64,000 nucleotides of DNA from Eledone cirrhosa (GCA_964016885.1 OZ024763.1:10912001-10976000), one strand, 5' to 3'. Positions 13,277 through 27,215 are shown, counted from the first letter of the stretch. Made by a program: numbers and translations. Notes: generated by a model from the letters alone, not told the origin.

Positions 13277-13830
13277 TGTGACTTATCTACTGGATCTAGA
13301 AAACCTCAGTTCAAAATATATGGTACATTGTATGTAAAATGGAGGTGTGACTTATCTACTGGATCTACAAAACCTCAGTTCAAAATATATGGTACATTGT
13401 ATGTAAAATGGAGGGGTGACTTATCTACTGGATCTACAAAACCTCAGTTCAAAATATATGGTACACTGTAAATATTGTATGTAAAATGGAGGTGTGACTT
13501 ATCTACAGGACCTACAAAACCTCAGTTCAAAATATATGGTACACTGTAAATATTGTATGTAAAATGGAGGTGTGACTTATCTACAGGACCTACAAAACCT
13601 CAGTTCAACATATATGGTACACTGTAAATATTGTATGTAAAATGGAGGTGTGACTTATCTACTGGATCTACAAAACCTCAGTTCAAAATATATGGTACAT
13701 TGTAAATATTGTATGTAAAATGGAGGGGTGACTTATCTACAGGACCTACAAAACTATTTCAAAATATATGGTACACTGTAAATATATGTAAAACGGAGGT
13801 GTGACTTATCTACTAGTGCGACTTATACAC
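13277..13830. repeat. About 69-78 bp tandem array (GTGACTTATCTAC...AAAATATATGGTAC...GTAAAATGGAGGT)
   Basis: About 7 copies; two more units at 40130-40290. Confidence 0.9.
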
Positions 13831-14057
13831 AGGTGTATATGATATATATGAAGTGTGAGTAATCTTCTAGAGATAAATTAAAACAAAATAAACAATAATA
13901 GTATAAACAAATTGAAATAGGAGATAAAAATAAAGACAAGAAAAAGGAAAAGAAACAAAAATAATTAGCCTCAAGAATTTAAAAGATAGTGAGACGTGAA
14001 AATATATTAAACATGCACACACACACACACACATATATACATATATACACACACACA

Positions 14058-14134
14058 CAGGGTGTCCCCCAAAAATGTATACATATATTTATTAGAATTC
14101 TGTTATAGTGTGTATACATTTTTGGGACACCCTG
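14058..14134. mobile_element. Tc1/mariner-type MITE
   Basis: Terminal inverted repeats CAGGGTGTCCC..AAAAATGTATACA / TGTATACATTTTTGGGACACCCTG, followed by TA. Confidence 0.75.
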
Positions 14135-15234
14135 TATATATAGAGAACAGACCACTACTACTACCTCTACTGCCATTATTAGTACCACCACCACCATTAC
14201 TACCATCACTGCCACCACCACTGTCACAACCACCATTACTACCATTGCTGTCACTACCACCACCACCACCACCACCACTGCCACCACCACCACCACCACC
14301 ACTACTGCAACTATCACCACTACCACTGCCACCACCACCACTACCACCACCACCACCACTACTGCAACTAGCACCACTACCACCACCACCACCACCACCA
14401 CTGAATGTGCAACATTGTGGCCCAGGTAGACACACCTTACATTAATTAAAGCACACACAGACACATGCAACACGTACATATAAACATACACACACATGCA
14501 ACACAGACATAAACACACACATACACAGTGTGGAACATATACACACACACACACACATGCAACACAGACATATAAACACACACAAACACACAGTATGGAA
14601 GATGCACACATGTTCAAAGATATTTGATGGTGGAGGTTGTGGCGTTGGAGGAGGGGGAGATGATGCTGTGGAGGTGGTGGTGTTGGAGGGGAGAAGATGT
14701 TGATGCAGCCAGTTGGAAACTAAGATAAAAAATTGTAGTGTTGCGAGGGCACCAACATTAATTAACATGTGTGTGTGTGAATGAGTAAGTGTGCATGTGT
14801 GTGTGTATGTGTGTAAGTATGCGTTTGTGTGAATGTGTGTGTGTGTTCGGCATGTCTGCAGCAATGTATGTGCAGATATAATGCACATCAGTGGCGCAAG
14901 ATGATACAAGCCACAACTGTCTGGTATGGTGGGTAGCCACCCTTCTATATATGGTGGTGTGAGAGTACTCTCCCTATATAGAGGTGGTGAGGAGGTACCC
15001 ACCACATCTATATAGGGTGGTGTGAGGGTACACACCACCTCTATATAGGGTGGTAAACTGACAGAGGTAAGAGGGTATCACAGTAATTATTCATTCCGGC
15101 CCTAACCCCAACCCTCAACTTTAACTTCCATCCTATCAGGATAAAGTAGAAACCCCGAAGGTGGGATGTGGGGAGACAAACTTTGTGGTACCTTATCTGG
15201 TTCTGTGTATTTTGAGTACATATCCTGCCTTCTT

Positions 15235-15795
15235 CTTCCAAGAGTTGTGACTGATAGTATCAACAATAGAAAGACCAATGGAAACATTGTTTCCTTAGTC
15301 TGAGCTGATGATCAGTTCCTTTCTTCTACCAGGAGTTGTGACCAACAGACAATATTAGCAATGGAAAGACCAATGGAAACATTGTTTCCTTGGTCTGATC
15401 TGATGATCAGCTCCTTTCTTCTACCAGGAGTTGTGACCAACAGACAATATTAGCAATGGAAAGACCAATGGAAACATTGTTTCCTTGGTCTGATCTGATG
15501 ATCAGCTCCTTTCTTCTACCAGGAGTTGTGACCAACAGACAATATTAGCAATGGAAAGACCAATGGAAACATTGTTTCCTTGGTCTGATCTGGTGATCAG
15601 CTCCTTTCTTCTACCAAGAGTTGTGACCAACAGACAATATTAGCAATGGAAAGACCAATGGAAACATTGTTTCCTTGGTCTGATCTGATGATCAGCTCCT
15701 TTCTTCTACCAGGAGTTGTGACCAACAGACAATATTAGCAATGGAAAGACCAATGGAAACATTGTTTCCTTGGTCTGAGCTGATGATCAGCTCCT
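15235..15795. repeat. 95-bp tandem array
   Basis: CTACCAGGAG starts at 15326, 15421 and 15516; about 6 copies; a related monomer lies near 20040-20110. Confidence 0.93.
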
Positions 15796-15929
15796 ATCCT
15801 AATTTTGTAGACATATTACAGTCAATAAATACAGTACTCTATCTGGAAGAGATCAGTTGTGGTCAAATCTAGAGTTAAATGATGATGGTGATGATGATGA
15901 CAGTAATGAAGACGCTGATGATTGTTTGC

Positions 15930-16300
15930 TCACTTATTCCTGGAAGAGTCATGGGGGGGAAATCCTCAGACACACCTTCCTACACACACTCTCAAAAACA
16001 ACCGTCTCCAACTGATCCAACTTAATCCACAAATGAAACCAGTCAAGCTCATGGATGTTATCCAGCCATCTTGCTCACAGTCCACCCCTGGGTCTCCTGT
16101 CAGTTGGTTTGCCCATAAAATCTGTCCAGCGATCCTTTCCTGAGACATTCTAACCACATGCCCATAGTATCGGAGATTTGATATCTCAATTCGGAGAAGT
16201 AGCAGCCCTAGCTGGAGCAACTCTCTCATCTCCGAGTTATGCACTGTCCAGTGATGTTACACCAAAGATGAGGAACCTTTGGTAATTTCATCAGATTCTT
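15930..16300 (-). pseudogene. RTE LINE 3' remnant
   Basis: RELLQLGLLLLRIEISNLRYYGHVVRMSQERI contains the RTE LRW/YxGHxxRM motif. Confidence 0.75.
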
Positions 16301-16314
16301 GACCATCGTTAAGG

Positions 16315-16860
16315 GTGATGATTATAATTATAATGATGATGACAATGATGAAGATGATGATGGTGAAGATGGTGATGATGACAGTGATGATGGTGAAGAT
16401 GGTGAAGAAGATGGTGATGATGGTGAAGATGGTGATGACAGTGATGGCAGTGAAGAAGATGGTGATGATGGTGATGATGGTAAAGATGGTGATGACAGTG
16501 ATGGTAGTGAAGATGGTGAAGATGGTGAAGATGGTGAAGAAGATGGTGATGATGGTGAAGATGGTGATGACAGTGATGGCAGTGAAGAAGATGGTGATGA
16601 TGGTGATGATGGTAAAGATGGTGATGACAGTGATGGTAGTGAAGAAGATGGTGATGATGGTGAAGATGGTGATGACAGTGGTGATGACAATGGTGATGAC
16701 AATGACTACAATGACAATGATGACCATGGTGATGATAGCAATGGTGAGTGTGACAATAACAATGACCATGATGGCAATGATGATGATGATGATGATGATG
16801 ATGACGATAGCAATGGTGAGTGGTGTGACAATGACAATGCTGATGATGATGATGACAATG
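16315..16860. repeat. (GAT/GGT/GAA)n trinucleotide-based low-complexity tract
   Basis: GATGGTGAAGATGGTGATGAC repeats. Confidence 0.9.
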
Positions 16861-17788
16861 TGGAAGGGAAGTAAATTAGTGAAACATGTCAATACAAGCA
16901 GATTGTTGAGGTGAGATAAGAACCATCGCTGTCCCCTGTTGTCCCACATGTCACACTCACTACTAATAGATTCTGGAATTAATTATGATAATGCACTGCC
17001 ATAGCAACAGCTGTTAACTGGACTCAGTGAAGACAGATGCTAGAAACAACAGCTAAATCTCCTCCCCATAAGACACTCCACTGTGTATTAAAAGGATAAA
17101 GATCCCATAACTCCTTGTGGAGTTGTAGAGGCACCGAGACATGGCATGTCTAGGGCACTTTTAAACCTGGTGGGGCCCGACCCTCCCCAGGTCTGAATAG
17201 AACCAACCTTTTCCATAGAGGAAGAATCAACCCCAGTATTGTACTGGTACTTTATTTTATCAACTTTGAAAGGATGAAAGGCAAAGCTGACCCCGGTGGG
17301 ATTTGAATCTGACACCTTAATGACTGCCAATTCGTCATCTATGTATTAACCCTTTCATATTTCACCTCAGCAACCCCCCCCCCAATTTAAAGGGCTCCTA
17401 TTTAATGATGAAAAGAAAGAAAAAAAGGGGAAAAAATAGGGAGGAGGGAGACAAACCCTACACTCGGCAATACAAATAAATACACGTGTGTATACACATG
17501 TACATATATATACACACATGAATGTATATGTGTGTGCATACACATACACTTGTACACAAATGTACATTCATACACACATACATATAGACAAAGGCACATC
17601 TGTTCCTATGGCCACGTGCACATTGCCACATCACCACCCCAACACACAAATATATGCAGACTAGACTAGCAGATTTACCCGGCGTTGCCCGGGGCTTGAA
17701 ATTATTAAGAATATACAGCTAGGAAGTAAAAGAAGAAAATTATTTGTCTCCAACCTGTCAAAATAAGCAGAAGTCTTCAATAATTAAT

Positions 17789-17971
17789 TGTTTCTACTTT
17801 AGGCACAAGGCGAGCAAATACCCAGTGCATTACTGGTACTTTATTTTATCGACCCCGTAAGGATGAAAGGTAAAGTAAACCTCGGCTGGATTTGAACTCA
17901 GGCCGTAAAGGGACGTAACTATGCTGGAAAGCATGGCGTCCGACCCTCCACCGATACTGCCAATCCACCAC
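17789..17971 (-). mobile_element. Nin-like-domain SINE nested in the Helitron
   Basis: Full SINE body flanked by the direct repeat TCTTCAATAATTAAT (17774-17788 and 17972-17986). Confidence 0.85.
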
Positions 17972-18059
17972 TCTTCAATAATTAATGCAAAAGTCTTCAA
18001 TAATTAATGCAAACGAATATTTAGTGTAATTTTTGTACACATAAAACTATGCTGGTAAT

Positions 18060-19180
18060 GAAGGAAAACACTGAACAGGATGTAGCTATTGTTAGAGTGA
18101 AGCATGTCTTGGAGGTCAATCAAGAGTTCCAGTTTAGTGTCTGAAGTGTACGATTGCCGTCGATCTGTTTGCTGATGACAGTTAACAATAAAGTAAACCT
18201 GTAAAAATTGTGGCTCTTCAGTAGGCAGTGGATGCAGTGATCCAATGAGATGATACACCTGGCCCTGGACTTTGAAAGTCGGCATAAATCCATCTTCCTT
18301 CAGACGTTTTGCACCGAAAGAGGTCATTTGAAACGCAATGTTGTACTGTCGGATATGCTTCAGAAAATCACGTGATTATGAATGCTTACCTGTTAGAAGC
18401 ATCTGGAGAGGTTGCGGTGGTTCCCTAAGGGTGGGCAAATTAACCTTACCATTGGAGCAGCACATTCCAGTTGATTCTCCCGCCCACTTTCTAGCTTTAC
18501 AATATTGGCAAGTATTTGACATGGCATATATTTGAATATCAGGATGGATTTGATAGTTTACATTAGGGTCATAATTAACTGCCTTAAGGTACCATCGTGA
18601 GCATGATGCCTTTGAAATACTCCATACTAAAGCTCTACGTTGAGCGTTACCCTCCAGCCGAATAGCTCGACTTGTTACAGTCTCTACAGCTCGTGCCGTA
18701 GCAGTAGCTGAAGCATTTCTCAATTGGCGACTTTGACGTTCTTGCTCAGTCTCAATTGCTCTTGCTGCAGTTTTAGCTGAAGCATTACGCGCATGGCGTC
18801 TTTAATATTTTTGTACTGTCTCTGCAGATCTTGCTGCAGCATTAACTGAAGCATTACGCGCACGGCATCTTTCATATTTTTGTACTATCTCTACAGATCT
18901 TGCTGCAGCAGTATCTGTAGCATCCATAGCAAGGCGTGTTTCACGTTGCTCTGTAGTCTCTGCAGCTCGTGCTGCAGCAGTTGCTTTAGCATTATTGGTT
19001 CACCACACTAACCGACGCTCAGTGGCGGACAAAGATGTTGCAATAACTGTACTCACTGCATTTAGTGATTGTCTATTTTCGGTTATCGGCGGAGCGTCAT
19101 TTACACGCATTGTTTTCTTTGACCGAGAGGTCAAAGTCCGAGAGCCAATATGTGCATACTTTCTTGTGATGTGACCATCT
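18060..19180 (-). pseudogene. Helitron RepHel N-terminal fragment, frameshifted
   Basis: Zinc finger CQYCKARKWAGESTGMCCSNGKVNLP and FQMTSFGA...FKVQGQVYHLIGSL...PQFLQVYF, preceded by ETxEQ-like helical repeats. Confidence 0.88.
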
Positions 19181-20175
19181 TAGATTTGTATACAATACAC
19201 AATTACTTGTCCTAACTGGCTTCCATAATTTTTTCATATTCTCACACCTCTACTTTTTTCTCCTCCCCTTCAACATATCTTCCTACCCCTTTCCGCCACT
19301 CTTACTAACTCCGTCTCTTTCTTTCTGTTATTTTCTCTCTCTCTCTTTCTCTCTTTTTATATCTTATTTTCCCCATCTCTCTGTTTGTGTCATTTCTCCT
19401 CTCTTTCTTTTTCCCTATCTTTATATTTCACCCCCCCCCTCTCTATTAATTATGGCTTTCCGCTCTCACTCTTTTATATCACTCCTCTCTTTCTCTCTTT
19501 GTATCATATCTCCCTCTTTCTCTCTCTTTGTATCATCTCCCTCTATGTCTCTTTTTATACCATATCTCTTCTCTCGCTTTCTCTTTCTCTCTCTTTGTAC
19601 CATATCTCCCCTCCCTCACTCTCTTTATACCATATCTTCTCTCTCTCTCTCTCTCCCTCTGTACCATATCTTCTCTCTCCCTCACTCCCTGTACCATATC
19701 TCCTCTCTCTCTCTCTGTAACATCTCTCTCTCCGTCTGTACTATATCTCCCCCTCTCCCTCTCTACCATATCTTCTCTCTCTCTCTCTCTCTCGCTTGCT
19801 GTCACTCTCAGTGTTTCCTCTACCACTGATTCTGACCCCCGTGGTCTTTCATACTCTGTACACACATCCTCGCTTTTATATATATAGATAATTTTGCTAT
19901 AGATTTTTTATTGCTCAACGTGGGTCGATTTGAAAAATGTTTGTGATGTGACCATCTTAGCTACAGGTGCAACGTGCACAGAAAGTTTGGTGATCGAGTG
20001 ATGTGTTGTGTCCTTGAGCAAGACATTTATTTTACATTGCTCCTTCTGCTAGGAGTTGCAACTGATAGATAGTATTAGCAATGGAAACATTGTTTACTTG
20101 GTCCGATTTGACGAGGTCCACCCCACTCGGCAAGCAAATGAGGTCTGGGATCTTGTCGATCGATCAGAGCAATAT

Positions 20176-20678
20176 TAACCCTTTAGTGTTCAAACCGGCC
20201 AGAATTCTCTGCCTCTTTCTGTTGAAACTGGCTGAAACTGGTCACTCAAACTGATGTTTAGGTATTGTCCTCAAAATAAATACTTTCAAAATCTCATAGA
20301 TTCAATATTATGTGAGATAATTATGTGAGGTAAAGCCTTTACTGTGAAAATACAATAGTATATATAGAGTAATGTGAATGTTATGTGAGATATTATGTGA
20401 GGTAAAGCCTTTACTGTGAAAATACAATAGTATATATAGAGTAATGTGAATGTTATGTGAGATATTATGTGAGGTAAAGCCTTTACTGTGAAAATACAAT
20501 AGTATATATAGAGTAATGTGAATGTTATGTGAGATAATTATGTGAAGTAAAGCCTTTACCATGAAAATACAATAGTATATATAGAGTAATGTAAATGTTA
20601 TGTGAGATATTATGTGAGGTAAAGCCTTTACCATGAAAATATAGTATATATAAAATAATGTGAATGCTAAAGGGTTAA
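20176..20678. mobile_element. piggyBac-like MITE with about four internal 72-bp repeats
   Basis: TTAA-CCCTTTAG...CTAAAGGG-TTAA termini. Confidence 0.8.
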
Positions 20679-20884
20679 GAAATTAAATTTTATATTTAGT
20701 AACAAATTCAACAAGTAGATTGATGCCAGAGTCAAGTCTATAACACAAATATTGACTTTGAGCCAATCATCTGTGAAACATATGGAACTGGTTGATAATC
20801 AATAAAATCATTCATGTGAAATATTTTTTTGTACTTAATATACAAACCCTTAGCCTTGAGCGATAATATTGGTACCACTTACAT

Positions 20885-21195
20885 TAACCCACAAAATTAA
20901 CTTGGTACTCCGTTAATTACAACGAGTGTTACAATTGATCTGACCAACGGAACAGCTGGCTCGTGAAATTAACATGCAAGTGGCTGAGCATTCCACAGAC
21001 ATGCATACCGTTCATGTAGTTCTCTGGGAGATTCAGCATGACACTGGATCTGACAAGGCTAGCCCTTCTAATTACAGATATAATTCATTTTTGCCAGCTG
21101 AGTAGACTGGAACAACGTGAAATAAAGTGTCTTGCTCAAGGACATAACGCTCTGCCGTGAATCGAACTCACAACCTTACGATTGTGAGTTGAAAA
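20885..21195 (-). mobile_element. CORE-type tRNA SINE
   Basis: Minus strand GAGTTCGATTC...TGTCCTTGAGCAAGACACTTTATTTCACGTTG..CCAGTCTACTCAGCTGGCAAAAATG. Confidence 0.7.
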
Positions 21196-21234
21196 TTACT
21201 GGATAGCAAACTATATGTACATGTATATGTGCAA

Positions 21235-21400
21235 AAAGTAAATGGAAACAACAAAGCAAACAACACTGTACAGTGAAGAAATATATTAGTTTAACACTTG
21301 ATATAGTAAGGATAGGGTCTTAACGTTTCAGACACTAGTCCTTCATCAGAAGATAGGCAGAGGAATAAAAGATGAAATAGAGAGAGAAGAGGAAGGAACA
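21235..21400 (-). mobile_element. Dispersed repeat with a CTGATGAAGG...GAAACGTT hammerhead-like motif
   Basis: Homologous to 29275-29420, 33640-33790 (+), 34495-34660 and 62372-62492. Confidence 0.6.
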
Positions 21401-21440
21401 GAAAAACATTTCTTGAGAAAAAGTATGAGTGTTCAGTTAG

Positions 21441-21487
<47 letters not shown>

Positions 21488-21590
21488 AAAGCAAAATTTT
21501 TTGCTTTTAAGAAACCACTGGTAAATGGAATAATTGCCTTATGTTGTTTATTACATAACTATATATATAGATATATAGATATCTATATAT

Positions 21591-21765
21591 ATAGGAACGA
21601 GTAGGACCCCGACGGCTGAGCTCAAGCCATTTCGACGGCTAATTCTGGACTAGAATTAGCCGTTGAAACGGGGTCCTACTCGTTCCTATTACCCACTCTA
21701 CTACCCTAAGTATTGAGTACTTTGGTACGTTATGGTCCACCTGGTTCCTTACCACATTTCCTCCG

Positions 21766-21767
<2 letters not shown>
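21591..21767 (+). mobile_element. (TA)n-flanked fold-back element carrying the 3' half of a hammerhead
   Basis: ATAGGAACGAGTAGGACCCC...GGGGTCCTACTCGTTCCTAT inverted arms; TTGAGTAC at 21713; homologues at 4997-5253 and 8485-8530. Confidence 0.7.
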
Positions 21768-21803
<36 letters not shown>

Positions 21804-22189
21804 GACTATATACACACACAAACATACTTACACATCACATTGTGTACCAAAAGCTCAGTGCAGATATTTCTTCCACACAGATACATATATAAACACACAT
21901 GCACACAAACACACATGTACATAGACAAATACACACACGATTGTAATGCAGATATTACTCCCACACACATCTTGATTACAATCTCAGTAAAACAAAGGAA
22001 AACGTGACACAGACACACACACATTCACATCCATACATACACACACATTCACATATATGAGACAGCTGTATTATAAGACACACAACAGTTGTGGTTTAAC
22101 CCCAGGTCAGTCCTGATAAAGCAGATCTATGATTAAAGGATGTTCCAGATATGGCCATCCTGTCTTATTTTAAAGGTACCTAAAATTGA

Positions 22190-22955
22190 ATCTATGTCAT
22201 TAACCCTTTCATTACCATATTTCTAATGGAAGACACTGTCTATGTCTTTAACCCTTTCATTACCATATTTCTAATGGAAGACACTGTCTATGTCTTTAAC
22301 CCTTTCATTACCATATTTCTAATGAAAGACACTGTCTATGTCATTAACCCTTTCATTACCATATTTCTAATGAAAGATACTGTCTATGTCATTAACCCTT
22401 TCATTACCATATTTCTAATGAAAGACACTGTCTATGTCTTTAACCCTTTCATTACCATATTTCTAATGAAAGACACTGTCTATGTCTTTAACCCTTTCAG
22501 TACCATATTTCTAATGAAAGACACTGTCTATGTCTTTAACCCTTTCATTACCATATTTCTAATGAAAGACACTGTCTATGTCTTTAACCCTTTCATTACC
22601 ATATTTCTAATGAAAGACACTGTCTATGTCTTTAACCCTTTCATTACCATATTTCTAATGAAAGACACTGTCTATGTCTTTAACCCTTTCATTACCATAT
22701 TTCTAATGAAAGACACTGTCTATGTCTTTAACCCTTTCATTACCATATTTCTAATGAAAGACACTGTCTATGTCTTTAACCCTTTCATTACCATATATCT
22801 AATGAAAGACACTGTCTTTAACCCTTTCATTAACATATTTCTAATGAAAGACACTGTCTATGTCATTAACCCTTTCATTACCATATTTCTAATGAAAGAC
22901 ACTGTCTATGTCATTAACCCTTTCATTACCATATTTCTAATGAAAGACACTGTCT
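22190..22955. repeat. Second array of the same 48-bp unit
   Basis: About 16 copies of the unit seen at 11623-12955. Confidence 0.97.
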
Positions 22956-23161
22956 ATCATTATCAAATAATTTAGAAAATATTCAAGAATTCAGAAAGAT
23001 GTAGAAAAATAACTTTTTCATTATTAAACTGGTTTTTGGAACATAAAGGAATATACATAAAATTTTGATGGAAGATTTTTCGGCAAATATAAATACTTGA
23101 CAAAAAAATCTCTTAGCATCATAGCGTGAAGGTTAGTTTTATGGGGTTTATACAAAAAGTT

Positions 23162-23376
23162 TTAACCCTTTAGCATTTAAACTGGTCATATCTGCCCAGA
23201 ATTCTCTCACCACTTTCTGTTCAAAGTGGCTGAAACTTGCTACTCATACTGATGTCAAGGTATTGTTCTCAAAATAAATAACATCAAAATCTCATAGACT
23301 CGATATTATGTGAGATAAAGTGTTTACCACAAAAATACAATAGTAAATATAGAGTAATGTAAATGGTAAAGGGTTA
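23162..23376. mobile_element. piggyBac-like MITE (short form, no internal tandem)
   Basis: TTAA-CCCTTTAGCATTT...AATGGTAAAGGG-TTAA. Confidence 0.8.
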
Positions 23377-24812
23377 ATGAACAATAGGGGACAGCTGTGA
23401 AATGTATAACTCTTTGACAAATAGAAAATAGACAAATATGAAGAAAAGAAAAGATAAAGACAGATGAAGTCAGAAATAGTAGTAGCAGTAGTACTAATGG
23501 TAGTAATAGTAGTAGTAGTAGTAGTAGAGAGAAGCCTATCTTAACAGATGAGTGGAAGTTAGAGTAGTTGTATTCCTCAAACAAATGGAAAAACTATATT
23601 TAGTAAAGCATTAATAATGAACTTTTATTACTGGAAAAATCATAACACACATATATATACACACATATATATATACACATACACACATATATATATACAT
23701 ACATATATGCACACACACACATATATATATATATACACACACACACATATATACACACACATATATATATACACACACATATATACATACACATATATAC
23801 ACACAGACATATATATACACACATATATACACACACATATATATATATACACGCACATATATATACACACACAGACATATATACACACACATATATACAC
23901 ACATACACACACACATATACACACATACATACATACACATATATTCACACACATATAGAGGTAGATGGATGAGATAGAGTTTGTATATGTGTGTGTGTAT
24001 AGAGAGGGAGAGAGAGAGAGAAAGAGAGAAAGAGATGGAGGGAGAGTACAAATATAGAAATGAAATAAAATTCAATATTAGTTTTTCATGGTAGTGTGGA
24101 GCTGATGAAGGTGTATGGCAGACATTGACTTACATACACACACACTGACATAGACATACACATATATACACAGACATACACATATACATACGTACATGTG
24201 TATGGCAGATATTGACTTACATACACACACACTGACACACAGACTCACAGACATAGACATACACATACATACACATATGTACATGTGTATGGCAGACATT
24301 GACTTACATACACACACACTGATACACAGACTCACAGACATAGACATACACAGACATACACATATACATACGTACATATGTATGGCAGATATTGACTTAC
24401 ATACACATACATACACATATACATACGTACATATGTATGGCTGGTATTGACTGTTACATACACACACACTGACACACTGACACAGACATACACATACATA
24501 CACATACACATACGTACATGTGTATGGCAGATATTGACTTACATACACACATACTGACACACAGACTCGCATACATAGACATACACATACATACGTACAT
24601 ATGTATGGTAGATATTGACTGTTACATACACACATACTGACACACAGAGTCACATACATATATACACAGACATACACATACATATACATACATACATATG
24701 TATAGCTGATATTGATTGTTACATATAGACAGACACACACATACTGACATACATATAAACACATACACTCTCATACATATATATATATATATATATATAC
24801 ACATACATATAA

Positions 24813-24845
<33 letters not shown>

Positions 24846-24858
24846 CACATACATATAA

Positions 24859-24901
<43 letters not shown>

Positions 24902-25018
24902 CACACTGACATACATATATATATATATATATATACACATACATACTGACATACATATAAACACATACACACACATACATATATATATATATACACATAC
25001 ACACTGACATACATATAA

Positions 25019-25049
<31 letters not shown>

Positions 25050-25250
25050 CACATACATACTGACATACATATAAACACATACACACATATATATATATAT
25101 ACATACATACATACTGACATACATATAAACACATACACACACATAGATATATATATATATATATACACATACACACTGACATACATATAAACACATACAC
25201 ACACATATATATATACATACACATACATACTGACATACATATAAACACAT

Positions 25251-25299
<49 letters not shown>

Positions 25300-25372
25300 C
25301 ATACTGACATACATATAAACATATACACACACATATATATATACACACATACTGACATACATATAAACACAT

Positions 25373-25413
<41 letters not shown>

Positions 25414-25438
25414 CATACTGACATACATATAAACACAT

Positions 25439-25471
<33 letters not shown>

Positions 25472-25983
25472 CACATACATACTGACATACATATAAACAC
25501 ATACACACACACACATATATATATATATACACACATACATACTGACATACATATAAACACACAAAACGAAAGGCCTAAAAAATGTTTTAACTAAATTTTA
25601 AAATTCTTGATGAATAAAAATTGAATAAATTAAACATAAATGAATAAATGAAGGGGAAAAAATGAAATTTCAGATTCAATTTACTTTGTTGTAAGAATCA
25701 AGAGTTGAATGGAAAATGAAGGCAAAGCAAAAGACCGAAAAACAAGAGGAGTAGGAACTGTAATTAAGACAAACAAGTGGTATGGCTGATTGGTATGGTC
25801 GGTTGGAGGAAGATCTCAATGGTATATAGAGTAATTGACTACAGAGTAATAATCGTTTCTACTTTTGGCACAAGGCCAGCAATTAACCCAGAATACTAAG
25901 AAGAAGGAGAAGAAGAAAAAGAACAAAGAAAAAAGAAAAAAAAAGAAAAGAACAAAAAGAGAAGAAAAAGATGAAAGACGAAG

Positions 25984-26051
<68 letters not shown>

Positions 26052-26350
26052 GTTAAACAATATTCAATGAGTACATCAAAGAATGAGTTTTACAGTAGAT
26101 TGGAAGCACTCTACAGAAAATATTTTCCAGAGTTATTAATATTAAAAAAATAGATGTTCTTGTGATCAATTAAATTTTATTATACATATTTCAGAGGTAC
26201 AACATTTAACATTTAACCATTTAACATCTCAGGGTATGTCATGTATCATTATATTTTGTCTGATGAGAACGTACTGTTGTACCTCTAAAATATGTATAAT
26301 AAAATTTAATTGATCAAAAGAACATTTTATTAATATTTGTATTTTAATAT
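26052..26350. mobile_element. Fold-back hammerhead element, same family as 52651-53046, opposite orientation
   Basis: The tail is reverse-complementary to 52955-53045. The motif at 26253-26305 has CTGATGA, but GAAA is mutated to AAAA. Confidence 0.8.
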
Positions 26351-27168
26351 ATATATAGATATATAGTTATGTAATAAACAACATAAGGCAATTATTATGT
26401 TGTTTATTACATAACTATTAAGCTCTGTTACCTACATAGAGCACTCTTTTTTCCTGGACTTTTCCGACAGAATTACTTCATTTACACAGAGAGAGAGAGA
26501 GAGGGGAGGGGGTCTGCAGCCAGTCTGTCAATGGATGGACAGCGAAGTGTGGTGGACATCATGTCACACATATTGACAACATGGGGCTGGACACTGGTCT
26601 GGAATATATCCCAGGTACTGAAGAGGCCAGACTCAGCCATCAACATAAATAAAGGCACACGTAACACACACAGAGGTACAAACTCATGGACAGACTCACT
26701 TATACATAGACTCACACACGGAACGACATTAACACAAACACAAGACACACAGACATACACATACAAAGATAGACACACACACACACACACAGCAAGACAG
26801 ACAGAGAGATGTTCTGTGTAGACATGTTGTCAACAGTACAACATAATGTTCTGTGATAAAGCAATGATAGGAGCACATTCCTTATTATTGTGCTGTTTGT
26901 ATATACCAACAAAGAAGGAAGACTAGAGAGACTATTGTTAATGTTATGAAGATTTAGGGCCTAACCCACCACAACTGGTTAGTTCTATTCACATATTTCA
27001 CAATAGCACATACACACAGCTATACACCCAGTATTTGAATTCAGTTTGGTAGCAATATATTTATATATCATATTATGTTCATATGCCTTTGTATACATTG
27101 CAGGTGTGTATTGAAAATACTTCTATGTTTATAACAGATGTAAAATGATGATGATCATGATGTGCATG

Positions 27169-27215
<47 letters not shown>

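Larger units (their letters stand above)
17666..19888 (-). mobile_element. Internally deleted (non-autonomous) Helitron with intact termini
   Basis: Minus strand starts A|TCTATATATATAAAAGCG at 19888 and ends with the hairpin CCCGGGCAACGCCGGG-TAAATCTG-CTAG|T at 17666. It inserts at AT with no target duplication and carries RepHel N-terminal coding remnants. Confidence 0.9.

Noticed and set aside
15235-15795. 95-bp tandem with CTGATGA and GAAA in every unit, a possible hammerhead satellite
   Set aside because: I could not form stem I with a valid UH site in any permutation.
16299-16874. Acidic Asp/Gly/Glu ORF resembling a biomineralisation protein
   Set aside because: A GAT-based trinucleotide tract abutting an RTE remnant, open in four frames, with no signal peptide or splice evidence.
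26505-26650. Short unique GC-richer island that may be an exon
   Set aside because: No recognisable protein similarity in any frame and no convincing pair of splice sites.
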